64,000 bases of DNA from Eledone cirrhosa (taxonomy: Eukaryota). The notes beneath the pieces are model-generated. The model worked only from the letters and a program-made list of their open reading frames with translations. It was not told the origin of the DNA and ran no database searches. The position numbers and the translations under genes are program-made. The stretch spans positions 13,144,001 through 13,208,000 of the forward strand of contig OZ024753.1 of the NCBI GenBank assembly GCA_964016885.1, written 5' to 3'. Positions 24,879-38,996 of this stretch are shown here, piece by piece (the stretch's first letter is position 1; every line of letters starts with the position of its first letter).

Positions 24879-27800
24879 TAAAATAACAGATTAAAGTTTA
24901 AGCAAAGAATCGCTGCTTTCACCCATAACGGGATCTTCTGAAACTAAAAAAAATCAATCTGTTAACGCAGAAGTAAATATTTCGAAAAACGTTACACACT
25001 ATATATATATATACACACACACTATATATACATATATACACACACACATACACACAAACAGCTACGTCATAATGTCGTAATGCAGACAGCCAGCCATTCA
25101 GACAGATATTATAAGGGCGCAACGATATATCTATGTATCTATCTAAAAAGAAAGACTAAGAGAGAGAGAGAGATCGCTAAATCGCCTAATGCGGTCCCTG
25201 GGGCATTGAACATTTGAAATATATTTTTTCTCAAAACACTCACAGGACCATAAATATTATATGTGTAAAGTTTGAAAAAAATCGGTTGGGTGGTTCACGA
25301 GTTTTAGGGAGTTAGACAGACAGCAAGACAGGCAGACATTTTCTGTTTTCGATATATAGATAATGATGACGATGATGATGATGGTGGTGGTGGTTGTCGT
25401 CGTCGTCTTCTTCTTCTTCTGTTATTAGTGACTGGTTGTGGTTTCCAAGGCACTAATGGGACATAGCCTCATAGGTGGCACGTTGGCAGTGGCCAGTAAA
25501 TAGGGATAGGAGAGCTTGTGCCCCATGTTATTAGTGGCTTATTTGGGTTTCCAAAGCACTAATAGGGACACAGCCTCAGACGCGGCACGATGGCTGTGGC
25601 GAGTAAAGAGGGATAGGAGAGCTTGTGCCCCATGTTATTAGTGGCTTATTTTGGTTTCAATGGGGACATTAATGGGGACACAGCCTCAGACCTGGCGCGA
25701 TGGCAGTGGCCAGCAAATCTTACTCTCCTTTTACGTACAACGACAGACATGCGTGGGAAGCCGGCATATATCTCTCTCAAAGTCAGATGTCGCCAGCTTA
25801 TGTTCTGCATGTGTTGAAGCAGGAGAGTGTAAGTACCATCAAGGTGCTTTTGTTGTTTGAATGAAAGCGTCCATGTTTCATTTCCATATAGCAAGATTGG
25901 AAGAGTTTGATTTTGGTGTGGTTGGAAAGATTTGATAAAGAGGAATAGGGCAAGCGAGTCACACTGGAGCACACCTGCTGAGATGTCAAAGAACTCTGCT
26001 GTTCCATCAGGGGTGATGATAGTGGCACTTGTGTTGAGATTCAGAGCCGTAATTGCTAACACAAGTCTTGCTGGTATGCCATACAAGCGTAGAATTTCAA
26101 AACAGACTCTCTCTGGGAATAAGATAAATAAGGGTCCCGGTGAAGAAAACAAACAAACATAGACCTATGGTGATTAATGTCTTTCACAAAATATTTTGGT
26201 AATTTGTGCTCACCTGAAAGACCCAAAATCGTTGCCCTACCCCTGAGAGGCATAGCTGAAAGACCCAAAATTTGTGTTGCCCTACCCTTGAGATGGAATT
26301 CCGAAAATGTTGCCCTACCCCTGAGATGGAATTCACAGGAACAACATTTTTGTTACCAAAGCAAGGCACCTCGTCGCTACGAACATAAACTAAGGGCCAG
26401 TGGATATTGTGTGTGTGTGTGGGCGCACATGCGTGTGCATGTGCGTAGGTGTGTGCGTTTTAGTTCTTGGGTGTGGGTGTGAGCGCGCGTTTATGTGTGA
26501 TTGTGACAAGGTAAAGGGAAGGTGTGGTTATATTTCTTATTAATTAATTACCTATTTTGTTATTGAACTCTATCAAATAATGCGTTATATGATGTCTTAA
26601 TTGTTTGTTTGTCACAAAACGTCTCAAACAAGATCTCTGAATAAATCAATACGTATGATCTATACATGAAATAAATCGATAAAGTGCTTTCTGATAGCTC
26701 TTCCAATTAATCTCATTAATCTTGAAGTATATTGAGAAGTAAATATAAATGTATATTGACGAGTATATATAAATGTATATTGTCGAGTATATATAATTGT
26801 ATATTGTAAAATGTGTATAATTGTATGTGTACATATCAACATGCAAGACAGAGTATTGTGTAAATTATCTGACTCTTTAACTGTGTATATTTACACAAAT
26901 GAAAGTTTTTCAAAGTAGATTTTATCACCTCTCTACCTTAGCTTTTAGTGAATGGACTAATTATGTGGAATATCTAGATTTCTGTATATTACACACGCAC
27001 GGATATACACACACATACACAGACAGTATACATAAATATACATATGCATATATATACAGACAAATATATATAGATACACATATATATACATACACACATA
27101 TACGTATATACACACACACACACACATATATATATACATACATATATATATATACACACATATACGTATATACACACACATATACGTATATATACACACA
27201 CACACGCATATATATATATATATACACATATATGTATACAGACATATATATACACATATATATATACAAACACACATATATACACATACACACACACATA
27301 TATATACACACATATATACACACACACACACATATATATACATATATACACACACATATATATACACATATATATACATATATACATATACACACACATA
27401 TATATATATACATATATACACACACATATATATACATATATACACACATATATATATAAACATATATATAAACACACACATATATATATACATATATATA
27501 TACATATATACACACACATATTTATATAAACACACATACATATATATATATACACATATATATATACACACATAAATGTGTATATATATATATATATATA
27601 TATGGGAGGAGGTTATAGTTCACTTGAAGCATTGTGTAATGAGGTGTAAATGTTTGTATATGTATAATAAAACCAAAACAAAGCAGGTATGGACATAGAA
27701 TAAAGAATGCAAATGCAAAAGATATTGTTGACATTTAGTCTTTTACCTTAGATTTATTTAAATGTCCTTAATTTTCGAGATAATGTCCCTTCTTCGGAGG

Positions 27801-27993
27801 GAAGTAAAGCAGTTAAACCAATGTTCTAAATACCGCTTTAATTCCCTCCGAAGAAGAGATATTATCTCGAAAATTAAGGACATTTAAATAAATCTTAGGT
27901 AAAAGACTAATTGTCAACAATATCTTTTGCATTTGCATTCTTTATTCTATGTCCATACCTGCATTGTTTTGGCTTTATTATACACCTACAAAC

Positions 27994-28044
<51 letters not shown>

Positions 28045-28438
28045 AAATATAAAACAATCACACTTTAGTTTAATACATTTAATTGCTGACAATTGTTTCT
28101 TCAAGACAAATGTCTGGTATCATCGGAGCATACACAATGTTTAAACAAGTAATTATAATTCTGCTTTTCAATATGATGTCACTGACACTGTTAATAGTAA
28201 TGTATCTTTATGAATGTTCTGAGGATTAGGATTATAATTACTTGTTTAAACATTGTGTATGCTCCGAGAATCCCAGACATTTGCCTGGAAGAAACAATTG
28301 TCAGCAATTAAATTAAATGTATTAAACTCAAATTTGATTGTTTTATATTTTGTATCTCGGCTCTGTAATACATTTGATCATTTACATTCAGCCTTTTCTC
28401 TTACTGGTAATTGGTTAGTGCTTAGTACTACCGTTTCA

Positions 28439-28489
<51 letters not shown>

Positions 28490-28565
28490 CGAAGGAAATG
28501 TGGTAAGGAACCAGGTGGACCATAACGCACCAAAGTACTCAATACTTGAGGTAGTAGAGTGGGTA

Positions 28566-28667
28566 ATAGGAACCGGTAAGACCCCGACAGCTGAGCTCAA
28601 GCCGTTTCGACAGAATTAGCCGTCGAAACGGCTTGAGCTCAGCTGTCGGGGTCTTACTGGTTCCTAT
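28566..28667. repeat. GC-rich hairpin, 46-bp arms with a 10-nt loop
   Basis: ATAGGAACCGGTAAGACCCCGACAGCTGAGCTCAAGCCGTTTCGAC-agaattagcc-GTCGAAACGGCTTGAGCTCAGCTGTCGGGGTCTTACTGGTTCCTAT, with one G.U pair. Confidence 0.95.
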
Positions 28668-28714
28668 ATATATATATATATATATACATTCATATATATT
28701 TATATAAGTATGTA

Positions 28715-28760
<46 letters not shown>

Positions 28761-28816
28761 CATATATATATATTTATATAAGCATGTATATATATACATA
28801 CTTATATATACATACT

Positions 28817-28866
<50 letters not shown>

Positions 28867-28867
28867 T

Positions 28868-28920
28868 GAGATTCTACAGGACTAGAACTGTTTCATTCAT
28901 TAGAAATCATCAGGAATCCC
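28868..28920 (-). ncRNA. Minimal type I hammerhead ribozyme (Penelope-type)
   Basis: Minus strand GGGATTC-CTGATGA-tTTCtaatGAAt-GAA-ACAG ttctagtc CTGT-A-GAATCTC: core boxes, stems I and III paired, GUA cleavage triplet. Confidence 0.7.
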
Positions 28921-29299
28921 GGGTTACCTCCTAATCATCAGGTTACCTCCGATTCAACCCGGAATAACGTATATATATATATATATCCCTAATCTGTGGA
29001 GGAACTCACTGGATGCTGGCTATATTCCTTACAACTTTCTGTCCCAGTCTGTTGTCCCAGCTTTTAAAAAGGGAAACAAGTCCCTTGCAGTGAATTGTCG
29101 TCCGATCTCACTCACTTGCCATATCATCAAGGTATTTAAGAGGGTGGGCAGATCACAAATAGTCTCACTGTCTTGAAAGCAACGGCCTGCTGAACTCCGA
29201 CCAACATGAGTTCCGTAATGGAGGGGACTGCGTAACGCAGCTCTTGCATCATTTGATGACATTTTAAGAGCTTTGGGAGAGGGCTCCAACACTGATGTT

Positions 29300-30248
29300 C
29301 AGAAAATGTTGATATGTATTATTAAAAGGAACAACAGGTTATTTAAGTAAGGAAATATTGTGAGATGACCATGAATGATTTAGATGAAAGGGAGAAAAGA
29401 ATAATGAATTGAGGATGAATAATCTAACGTCAAAAAAATGTATATGTTTACGAAGGATTTTTACAAGGTGATATAGAGTAAGAATGTATTGTATTATGTA
29501 ATAATTGATTCTATATTAGGCAAGAATGAGAAAAGGTACAGATTAGGGGTTAGACATTAAAAGAAGAAGAGAAGAAAGGGAAGTGATAAATAGGAGCGAT
29601 GTAGAATGAGTAACAAGTATTATAGAATGTATAATAACCTTTGAAATAAGGCAGAAAGATGGGTATATTATTAAAAGAAGTGTATATATATATATGTGCC
29701 TTTGAGAAAAAGATTCTAAATTGATAAAGAATTGAATATTAGCTGTATACTTTGTGAAATGTTTTATGCAATTTATGCAAGCAGATAGAAAACAAGTCAG
29801 TGCGTCTATTTATTATAGAATCTAAATTAGAAATAATGGTAATTTTTTCATTTAGACAGAGATTGCAAATTTTGGATAGAGAGCTGTTCAAGTATGGAGA
29901 CGCAGAAGAAACCTTCTTCCAAAAGATGCTATATTTAATATTTTTGTCTTTCAAGGACCATATGAGTTCTGAGAGAGCCGTGTTGGTTCTTTTAAGTTTG
30001 TATTTAAAAGACGAATGATGGTTATAAAGACGAGCTTTAAAAGAGGTGGAAGTAGAGCCAAAATAGGTGAACGAATTGGTGTCAGTTATAACTTTACATT
30101 CGTAAATTAAGTTTTTATCAAGACAATGGTTGTTGAGAGGACATTTATTTTTAATAGGGCCTTTGCAATTGCGATTAGAGAGATTATTAATGAGTGACCT
30201 CCTACTCTTTTTCATCCTTTCCAAATAAAATATTTTTCCCAATATCAC
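29300..30248 (-). mobile_element. Penelope-like element 3' fragment (GIY-YIG endonuclease plus 3' UTR)
   Basis: CPLNNHCLDKNLIYECKV..YFGST..FKARLYNHHSSF..TALSELIW..CNLCLNEK, homologous to 57000-57400. Confidence 0.9.
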
Positions 30249-30526
30249 ACATCAATCTAAAACTACTTCTCATATGTTGATTTAAAACTGAACTATCCAC
30301 AAGTGTTTTTTAACCTTCATATCATGTCTTCCTGTTTTATCTGATGAAAACACAAATATTACTGCATGATGATATTTGTTTTTGAAATGCGCATAATAAA
30401 ATACATGGAACTCTTTTAACCATCTTTTGTTCTTATATATTATGTATACTCCAGTCCTACAAACTGTAGAGTGCTTCTTATCCGATATCAGCATTGCTTT
30501 ATTGTACTACAATAAAACTCACCTCC

Positions 30527-30527
<1 letters not shown>

Positions 30528-30578
<51 letters not shown>

Positions 30579-30580
30579 CA

Positions 30581-30611
<31 letters not shown>

Positions 30612-30624
30612 GTATGTATATAGA

Positions 30625-30661
<37 letters not shown>

Positions 30662-30743
30662 CATATATACATACGTATATATATGTATGTATATATATGT
30701 ATATACATATAAATACATATATACATACGTATATATATGTATG

Positions 30744-30781
<38 letters not shown>

Positions 30782-30813
30782 CACATATATACATACGTAT
30801 ATATATGTATGTA

Positions 30814-30855
<42 letters not shown>

Positions 30856-30881
30856 CATATATACATACGTATATATATGTA

Positions 30882-30917
<36 letters not shown>

Positions 30918-30943
30918 CATATATACATACGTATATATATGTA

Positions 30944-30979
<36 letters not shown>

Positions 30980-31003
30980 CATATATACATACGTATATAT
31001 ATG

Positions 31004-31059
<56 letters not shown>

Positions 31060-31083
31060 CATATATACATACGTATATATATG

Positions 31084-31134
<51 letters not shown>

Positions 31135-31143
31135 TTATATATG

Positions 31144-31201
<58 letters not shown>

Positions 31202-31529
31202 CATATATATATATTTATATATGTATATATATATATATATACATATATATTACATATATATATATATATATATATACATTTAATTAAATCTCATAAAATA
31301 ATACAACTGGCTTTTCCACATAATACATATTGTTAGCACCCCAAACACTTAAGTTGGGTTCATATTAAAATATAACCTAATGTTTGTTGAGTGAGATGGT
31401 TACCAGTCGGAGTTTAGCTTTAAACCATCTCTGTTATTGTATTAAATACATACATATATATATATATTTATATATGTATATATATATATATATATATATG
31501 TATATACATATATTTATATATATGTATAT

Positions 31530-31580
<51 letters not shown>

Positions 31581-31612
31581 TGTACATACATATATATATA
31601 TATTTATAAAAG

Positions 31613-31669
<57 letters not shown>

Positions 31670-31746
31670 ATACATATATATATTTATATATGTATATATA
31701 TATATATATATGTGTGTATATACATATATATATATATTTATATTAG

Positions 31747-31777
<31 letters not shown>

Positions 31778-31780
31778 TAG

Positions 31781-31823
<43 letters not shown>

Positions 31824-31878
31824 ATGTATTTATATATGTATATATATATATACATACATATATATATATTTTTATAAG

Positions 31879-31918
<40 letters not shown>

Positions 31919-31980
31919 TATATTTTTATATGTATATATATATATATATACATGCATACATATATATATATTTTTATAAG

Positions 31981-32024
<44 letters not shown>

Positions 32025-32110
32025 CATACATACATATATATATATTTATATAAGTATGTATATATATATATATATATATACATACATACATATATATATA
32101 TTTATATATG

Positions 32111-32141
<31 letters not shown>

Positions 32142-32228
32142 ATATATATATATACACATACATACATATATATATATTTGTATATGTATATATATATACA
32201 TACATATATATATATTGATATAAGTATG

Positions 32229-32272
<44 letters not shown>

Positions 32273-32294
32273 CATATGTATATATTTATATAAG

Positions 32295-32356
<62 letters not shown>

Positions 32357-32433
32357 CATATATATATATTGATATAAGTATATATATATATATATATATA
32401 TACATATATATATACATACATACATATATATTT

Positions 32434-32486
<53 letters not shown>

Positions 32487-32567
32487 TACATATTTATGTA
32501 TGTATATATATATATATATATTATATATATATATATGCATACATATTTATGTATGTATATATATATA

Positions 32568-32615
<48 letters not shown>

Positions 32616-32639
32616 TATATACATACATAAATATGTATG

Positions 32640-32689
<50 letters not shown>

Positions 32690-32843
32690 TATATTTATAT
32701 ATATACATATATATATACATACATATATATATATATTTATATAAGTATGTATATATATATATATATATACATATATATACATATATATATATATACATAT
32801 ATATATACATACATATATATATATTTATATAAGTATGTATATA

Positions 32844-32874
<31 letters not shown>

Positions 32875-32959
32875 TTATATAAGTATGTATATATATCTAT
32901 ATACATATATATATATAAATGCATACATATATATATATGTATCCATATATATATATTTA

Positions 32960-32996
<37 letters not shown>

Positions 32997-33037
32997 GCAT
33001 ACATATATATATATATGTATCCATATATATATATTTA

Positions 33038-33078
<41 letters not shown>

Positions 33079-33119
33079 GCATACATATATATATATATGT
33101 ATCCATATATATATATTTA

Positions 33120-33176
<57 letters not shown>

Positions 33177-33215
33177 GCATACATATATATATATGTATCC
33201 ATATATATATATTTA

Positions 33216-33261
<46 letters not shown>

Positions 33262-33339
33262 AGTATGTATATATATAAATATATATATATATACATACAT
33301 GTATATATATTTATATAAGCATGTATATATATACATACT

Positions 33340-33393
<54 letters not shown>

Positions 33394-33399
33394 TATATG

Positions 33400-33479
<80 letters not shown>

Positions 33480-33490
33480 TGTATATATAT
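30528..33490. repeat. ~3-kb compound (TA)n/(TACA)n microsatellite field with a short unique interruption (~31280-31445)
   Basis: Direct inspection. Confidence 0.95.
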
Positions 33491-33582
33491 AACTTTGACT
33501 TTGAATAACTTTGAAATGTTTTGGCCAGTATTGGCCCAGGCCATGTCTAACTTAATAGCACCACCTGGCGAAGTCTTTCAAT

Positions 33583-35930
33583 TCAGGATTTGGGCACCAT
33601 GGCCCATTCGAGAAGAGAATTACTGTTTGCGGAGACATATCCGGGTGTGGGTGGTTTGTCCGGGATTACTTGGAGGAATTTGTCCAAAGACTTCTTGAAT
33701 TTTGAGTGGTCAGTTTCTGTTTTGACGTGTCCTGGTGTGATGTTGAAGAGAGCAGGGCCGATTGAGGTGAAATAATTGTGCCGTATTGTTGTTATGAGTT
33801 GCGATTTAGATTTTTGAATGGGACGGATAGCACGGGGCCCAAGCCTTGGGTGTATCTTGAAGGCGATGCCAACATCATTTGGGCAGTGATGATGGAACAT
33901 TTTCCACATCATGCAGATAATATAACGCTCACGGCGACGTTGGAGTGAGTAAAGTTTCAGGTTTTCCAATCGACCCCAGTAGTCAAGGTCTGACATGCCA
34001 TCTATCTTTTTCGTGATTGCCCTTTGAGGAGCTTCAAGTTTCATGATACTTTGTTTCGTGTGGGGAGACCACAGTGGACAACAGTATTCAAGGTGTGGTC
34101 GGGCGAAAGTAGAGAAGAGAAGGATAATGGTGCGGGAATCTCTCGACTGGAAGGTTCTGAGGATCCAGGAACACATTCTGCGGGCCATGTCAACTTTGCT
34201 GCTTATATGCGTGGTCCAGCTTATGTTGCTGTCCACGGTTACTCCCAAGTCTCTGATGTTGTTAGATGCCACGAGAGTTTCCCCGGAGGGAAGGGAGTAC
34301 GGGAGTTTCAGAGCATCCTCTTTTCCAAAGTGGATCAGTTCGAATTTGTCCTGGTTCAGTAACATGTTGTTCTTTTCTGCCCATTGGGTAACAGCCAGTA
34401 GGTCTGACTGAAGGCTTATCCGGTCATCCACGCCATTGATGACCTTGGAATCATCAGCGAAAATTTTAATGTTGCTGTGTTTGATGATGTCAGTGATGTC
34501 ATTAATATAGATGATGAAGAGAAGTGGGCCCAACACAGTGCCTTGTGGGACTCCACTACTGACTTTGGCTGGGCTTGATTTGACTCCCTCAACTACAACA
34601 TGTTGGGTTCTGTTTGACAGGAAGCTCTTGATCCACTGCAGCAGCTTTCCAGTGACACCAATATTGGACAGCTTTCTCAGTAGAATGTTATGATCAACCC
34701 TGTCAAAGGCCTTGCTGAAATCAAGGTAGATAACATCAGTGTTGGAACCCTCTCCCAAGGCTCTCAAAATGTCATCAAAGTGATGCAGTAGTTGCGTCAG
34801 GCAATCCCTTCCATTACGGAATCCATGCTGGTTGGAGTTCAGCATATTGTTACTCTCAAGGAAGTGGGTCATTCGCGATCTCACCACTCGCTCAAATACC
34901 TTAATGATATGAGAGGTGAGTGAGATTGGACGGTAATTCACGGCAAGGGATTTGTTTCCCTTTTTGAAAACTGGGACAACAGACTGGGATAGAAGGTTTT
35001 CTGGCACATATCCAGCATCCAGTGAGTTCCGCCACAGATTGGCAAGAGGAGAAGCAAGTTGGTGTTGACACGCCTTCAGGACACAAGCAGGGAACCTATC
35101 GGGACCTACTGCTGAATTATGCTTGATTTCCTTTATTGCCGCCAAGACATCAGGGGCGCCAAACGTTATGTCCGATAAGGTGTAATGGGGAGTAACATCG
35201 CCGATACAGCCCAGATCGGCCATATCAGGATTGCTGAAAACAGAGCAGTATTGTTTCTGCAGTATCTCACCCATGGTTTTAGCATTGTCTTGAAGAGTGC
35301 CATTTTCATCAATTAGAGGGCCAACAGTAGAGCCAGTGATTTTGTGTTTTTTTTGCAAATGAAAAGAACACTTTGGGATTGAGTTTGATCTTCTCAATGG
35401 CCCAGGCCTCTTCAGCTCTTCTCTGATTGTTGATGAGGGACATTATGTTGTTTTGGAGGTTATGTTTTTTAATCTCTAGTGATGAAATGGCAGTCAAGTT
35501 GATGTGTTGCTGCTGACAGTATTTCAGCTTGTTGATTTTTTTGTTCGTTCTCTTAATTTTTCTGATGAGCGTTTTTCTATTTCTAGGGATTCTGCTCTTA
35601 GATTTGTTTATAGTTCTTAATGGGGTGTGTTTAGCACATATGTTTGTAACAGTGTCCACAAATGTCTGCCAGGACTTTTTGATGTTAGTGGGTGTATGAG
35701 TGTGCGTGAAGGACCAGTCGACATGTGCAAGATCATGACTGATCGCTTCCCAGTTTGCATTGTGGAAATCCATAGCGTCAAACGGATGGACAGGAGAGAT
35801 GACATTGGGTTTGTATATTGGACGGTGGAATCTCAGATCACAGAGAACCATGTCATGATCAGAGAGTAGAGTTTTCTCCACTGCAATATTGTGGATATTG
35901 TCAGTGTGATTGCTGAAAATTAAGTCTATG
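33583..35930 (-). pseudogene. LINE ORF2 (APE C-terminus plus reverse transcriptase), frameshift at a T-run near 35345
   Basis: NYRPISLTS, QHGFR, YLDFSKAFD, GVPQGTVLGP, FADD motifs; split across ORFs 35309-35881 and 33583-35397. Confidence 0.92.
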
Positions 35931-37053
35931 TTTTTTTAACTCGAATGTTTTTTTCCAGTTCTTTTGCCAGATTCATTATGGCTAAAAAAGAGGAAGAAGT
36001 TTCCTGTTTAGAAGACTGTTGGTGACTGTGGTAGTGGTTATTTTTATGTAGGTTATGGTTTTTGTTTTTGCTTTTATTTTTAATTTTATTTTCATTTATC
36101 CGACGGGTACCCGGGAGATGGGTAAAGGGACAATCCCGGTCTAAACACAATCTGTCTCGCAGGGAAAAACGGCAGATTTGTGGATTCCTTGTTTGAGTTA
36201 TTGGTGGTTGTGTTGGTGTTAAATTAGAGTATGTATTATGGTGGTGGCTGTTTGTGGGGATAGATCGTTTTGTCCTAGGTAAATGGGTGAATTTGCAGCC
36301 ACTATCCGTACATATTCTATAGCGTAGAGAGTAGCGGCAAATGATGGGGTTTCGAGTGGGTGGGTATGTGGGTGTGGGTGTTGTGAGAGGTGTAGATGAT
36401 GGTTTGGGTAGGATTTGACGACCTTTGTGGACTGTGGGAGGGAGAGTTCTTGTTCTGGTATTAGAAGGTAAATTCCTTGACATAGCAGTAGACAAAAATG
36501 TTGTTGTAGTAGTAGTAGTAGTAGTAGTAGGCAGAGATGTTGGCAGTGGTGATGATTGGACTGCTGGGCCAGAGAAAGGATGTGGCGTTTCATGCTGTGA
36601 GACAGAGGCTACTGGGGGGTCAATAGTTTCATTTAGTAGATCGGCCATTGTTGATGAATCAAGGAGTGGTTCACACTGTTGTTGTCGTTGTTATTGTTGT
36701 TGCTGCTGTTGTTGATGTTGTTGTTGTAGCTGTTGTTGTTGTAGCCGTTGTTGTTGTTGCTGTTGTAGCTGCTGTTGTTGTTGTTGCTGCTGCTGGACAG
36801 CATTCGAAGAGAAAACACACCGTAGTTTATCCAAATGTTTATTGATTAATTTAAAAGCAATTTCGATTTGCTTTAATTTATTTTGAATCTGTTGTTCAGA
36901 TCGAGTTTTCAAAAATTGAACTGTACGTTTAGCAATGTCGTTCAGAGATGAAGCATCTATATTTTCTGTTTGGGAAAGGCAATGCCATGTGTTTATTAGA
37001 ATGTCGATTTCATTATCAGACCAGTTCTGTTTGGATTTTTGCTGGTTAGCCAT
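35926..37053 (-). pseudogene. LINE ORF1: Myb/SANT-like N-terminus, poly-Q, P/T-rich linker, two CCCH-type motifs; one in-frame TAA within the CAA run
   Basis: ORFs 36691-37053 and 35926-36648 are in the same frame. Motifs WSDNEIDILINTW; CRYSLRYRICTDSGCKFTH; CRFSLRDRLCLDRDCPFTH. Confidence 0.7.
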
Positions 37054-37497
37054 TCTAGTTTTGAGTGTGTGTGTGTTTTAGTTAAGTATTTCAATATATA
37101 TATATTTTTTTTTTATTTATTTTTGATTTATTTTTGTTTTTTGTTTTTCTTGTGTGTGAGTGAGAAGCGTATATATATAAATATGAGTATATATATATAT
37201 ATATATGTATATTCTGGTTATTTGAAATTAATTAAGTTAATGAAAAGACGAAAGTATATAATAATAATTTGTAGTTAAAGGAAAATGTACTCACAAGTTC
37301 GAAAACACGTGGTTTCAAATATATAATAATATAGATGTATGTAAATGTATTAACCGGTCAATTTTTGTTTGTTTGGTTTTGTCTTGTGGTTTTGTTTTGT
37401 GGCTGTGTGACTTGCTGCTTACTCGGGGAGAGAAGTAAAAACACGTCCTTATACTTCAACTGCTCAACTGCTATATATATAAGTATGTATATCTATA

Positions 37498-37531
<34 letters not shown>

Positions 37532-37540
37532 CTTATATAA

Positions 37541-37641
<101 letters not shown>

Positions 37642-37650
37642 CTTATATAA

Positions 37651-37715
<65 letters not shown>

Positions 37716-38955
37716 CTTATATAAATATGTATATATATAGAGAGATATATATATATAGATATATATATATCTTCCTGATCTGTGGAGGAACTCACTGGAT
37801 GCTGGCTATATTCCTGACAACTTTCTGTCCCAGTCTGTTGTCCCAGCTTTCAAAAAGGGAAACAAGTCCCTTGCAGTGAATTGTCGTCCGATCTCACCCA
37901 CTTGCCATATCATCAAGGTATTTAAGAGGGTGGGCAGATCACAAATAGTCTCACTGTCTTGAAAGCAACGGCCTGCTGAACTCCGGCCAACATGAGTTCC
38001 GTAATAGAGGGGACTGCGTAACGCAGCTCTTACATCACTTGATGACATTTTAAGAGCTTTGGGAGAGGGCTCCAACACTGATGTCATCTATCTTGATTTC
38101 AGCAAAGCCTTTGACAGGTTTGATCGCAACATTCTACTGAAAAAGCTATCCAACATTCGTGTTTCTTGAAAGTTACTGCAATGAATCAAGTGTTTCCTTA
38201 TAGACAGAGTCCAGCATGTTGATGTCCAAGGAGTAAAATTAAGCCCAGCCAAAGTCAGTAGTGACCTTCTGCAAGGCACTTATTTTCATTATCTATATAA
38301 ATGAAATTACTGACATCATCAAGCACAGCAACATAAGAATCTTTGCAGATGACTCCAAGCTTTAGAAGGTCACCAATGGCATGGGTGATCGGATATTCCT
38401 CCAATCAGATCTACTGGCTGTTATGCAATGGGCGATAAAGAACAATATGCTGCTGAACAAGGATAAATTTGAGTTAATCCACTTTGGAAAAGAGGATACC
38501 CAGAAACGCCCATACTCTTTTCCTTCAGGTGAAACTTTCGTGGCATTCAACAACATCAGAGACTATGGACAACAACATAAGCTGGGTCACTCATAGAAAC
38601 AGCAAAGTTGACATGGCCCGCAGAATGTGTTCCTGGATTCTCAGAACTTTCCAGTCGAGAGATATCCACACTATTATCCTTCTCTTCTTCACTTTTGCCC
38701 AACGCCACCTTGAATATTGTTGTCCACTGTGGTCTCCCCACACGAAACAAAGTAACATGAAAATTGTAGCTCCTCAAAGGTCAATCACAAAATAGATAGA
38801 TGGCATGACAGGCATTCACTATTGGGGTCGACAAGAAAATCTCAAACTTTATTCTCTCCAACGCCGCCGTGAGCGCTACATCACCTGCATGATGTGTGTG
38901 TGCGTGCGTGCGTGCGTGTGCGTGCGTGCGTGCGTGCGTGTGCGTGTGTGTGTGT

Positions 38956-38996
<41 letters not shown>

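Larger units (their letters stand above)
33490..37471 (-). mobile_element. CR1-like LINE with both ends present but an internal deletion of most of the endonuclease
   Basis: 5' UTR from ~37471; ORF1 37053-35926; APE tail (IDLIFSN..SDHD) joined at ~35930; RT; short TCAAAG-like tail repeats; inserted in (TA)n. Confidence 0.9.

Noticed and set aside
30427-33544. Dozens of long YI/CV/HT-rich ORFs here and at 3.6-4.3, 16-16.8, 27-27.6, 52.8-53.6 and 58-62.7 kb
   Set aside because: Translations of (TA)n/(CA)n microsatellites, which lack stop codons.
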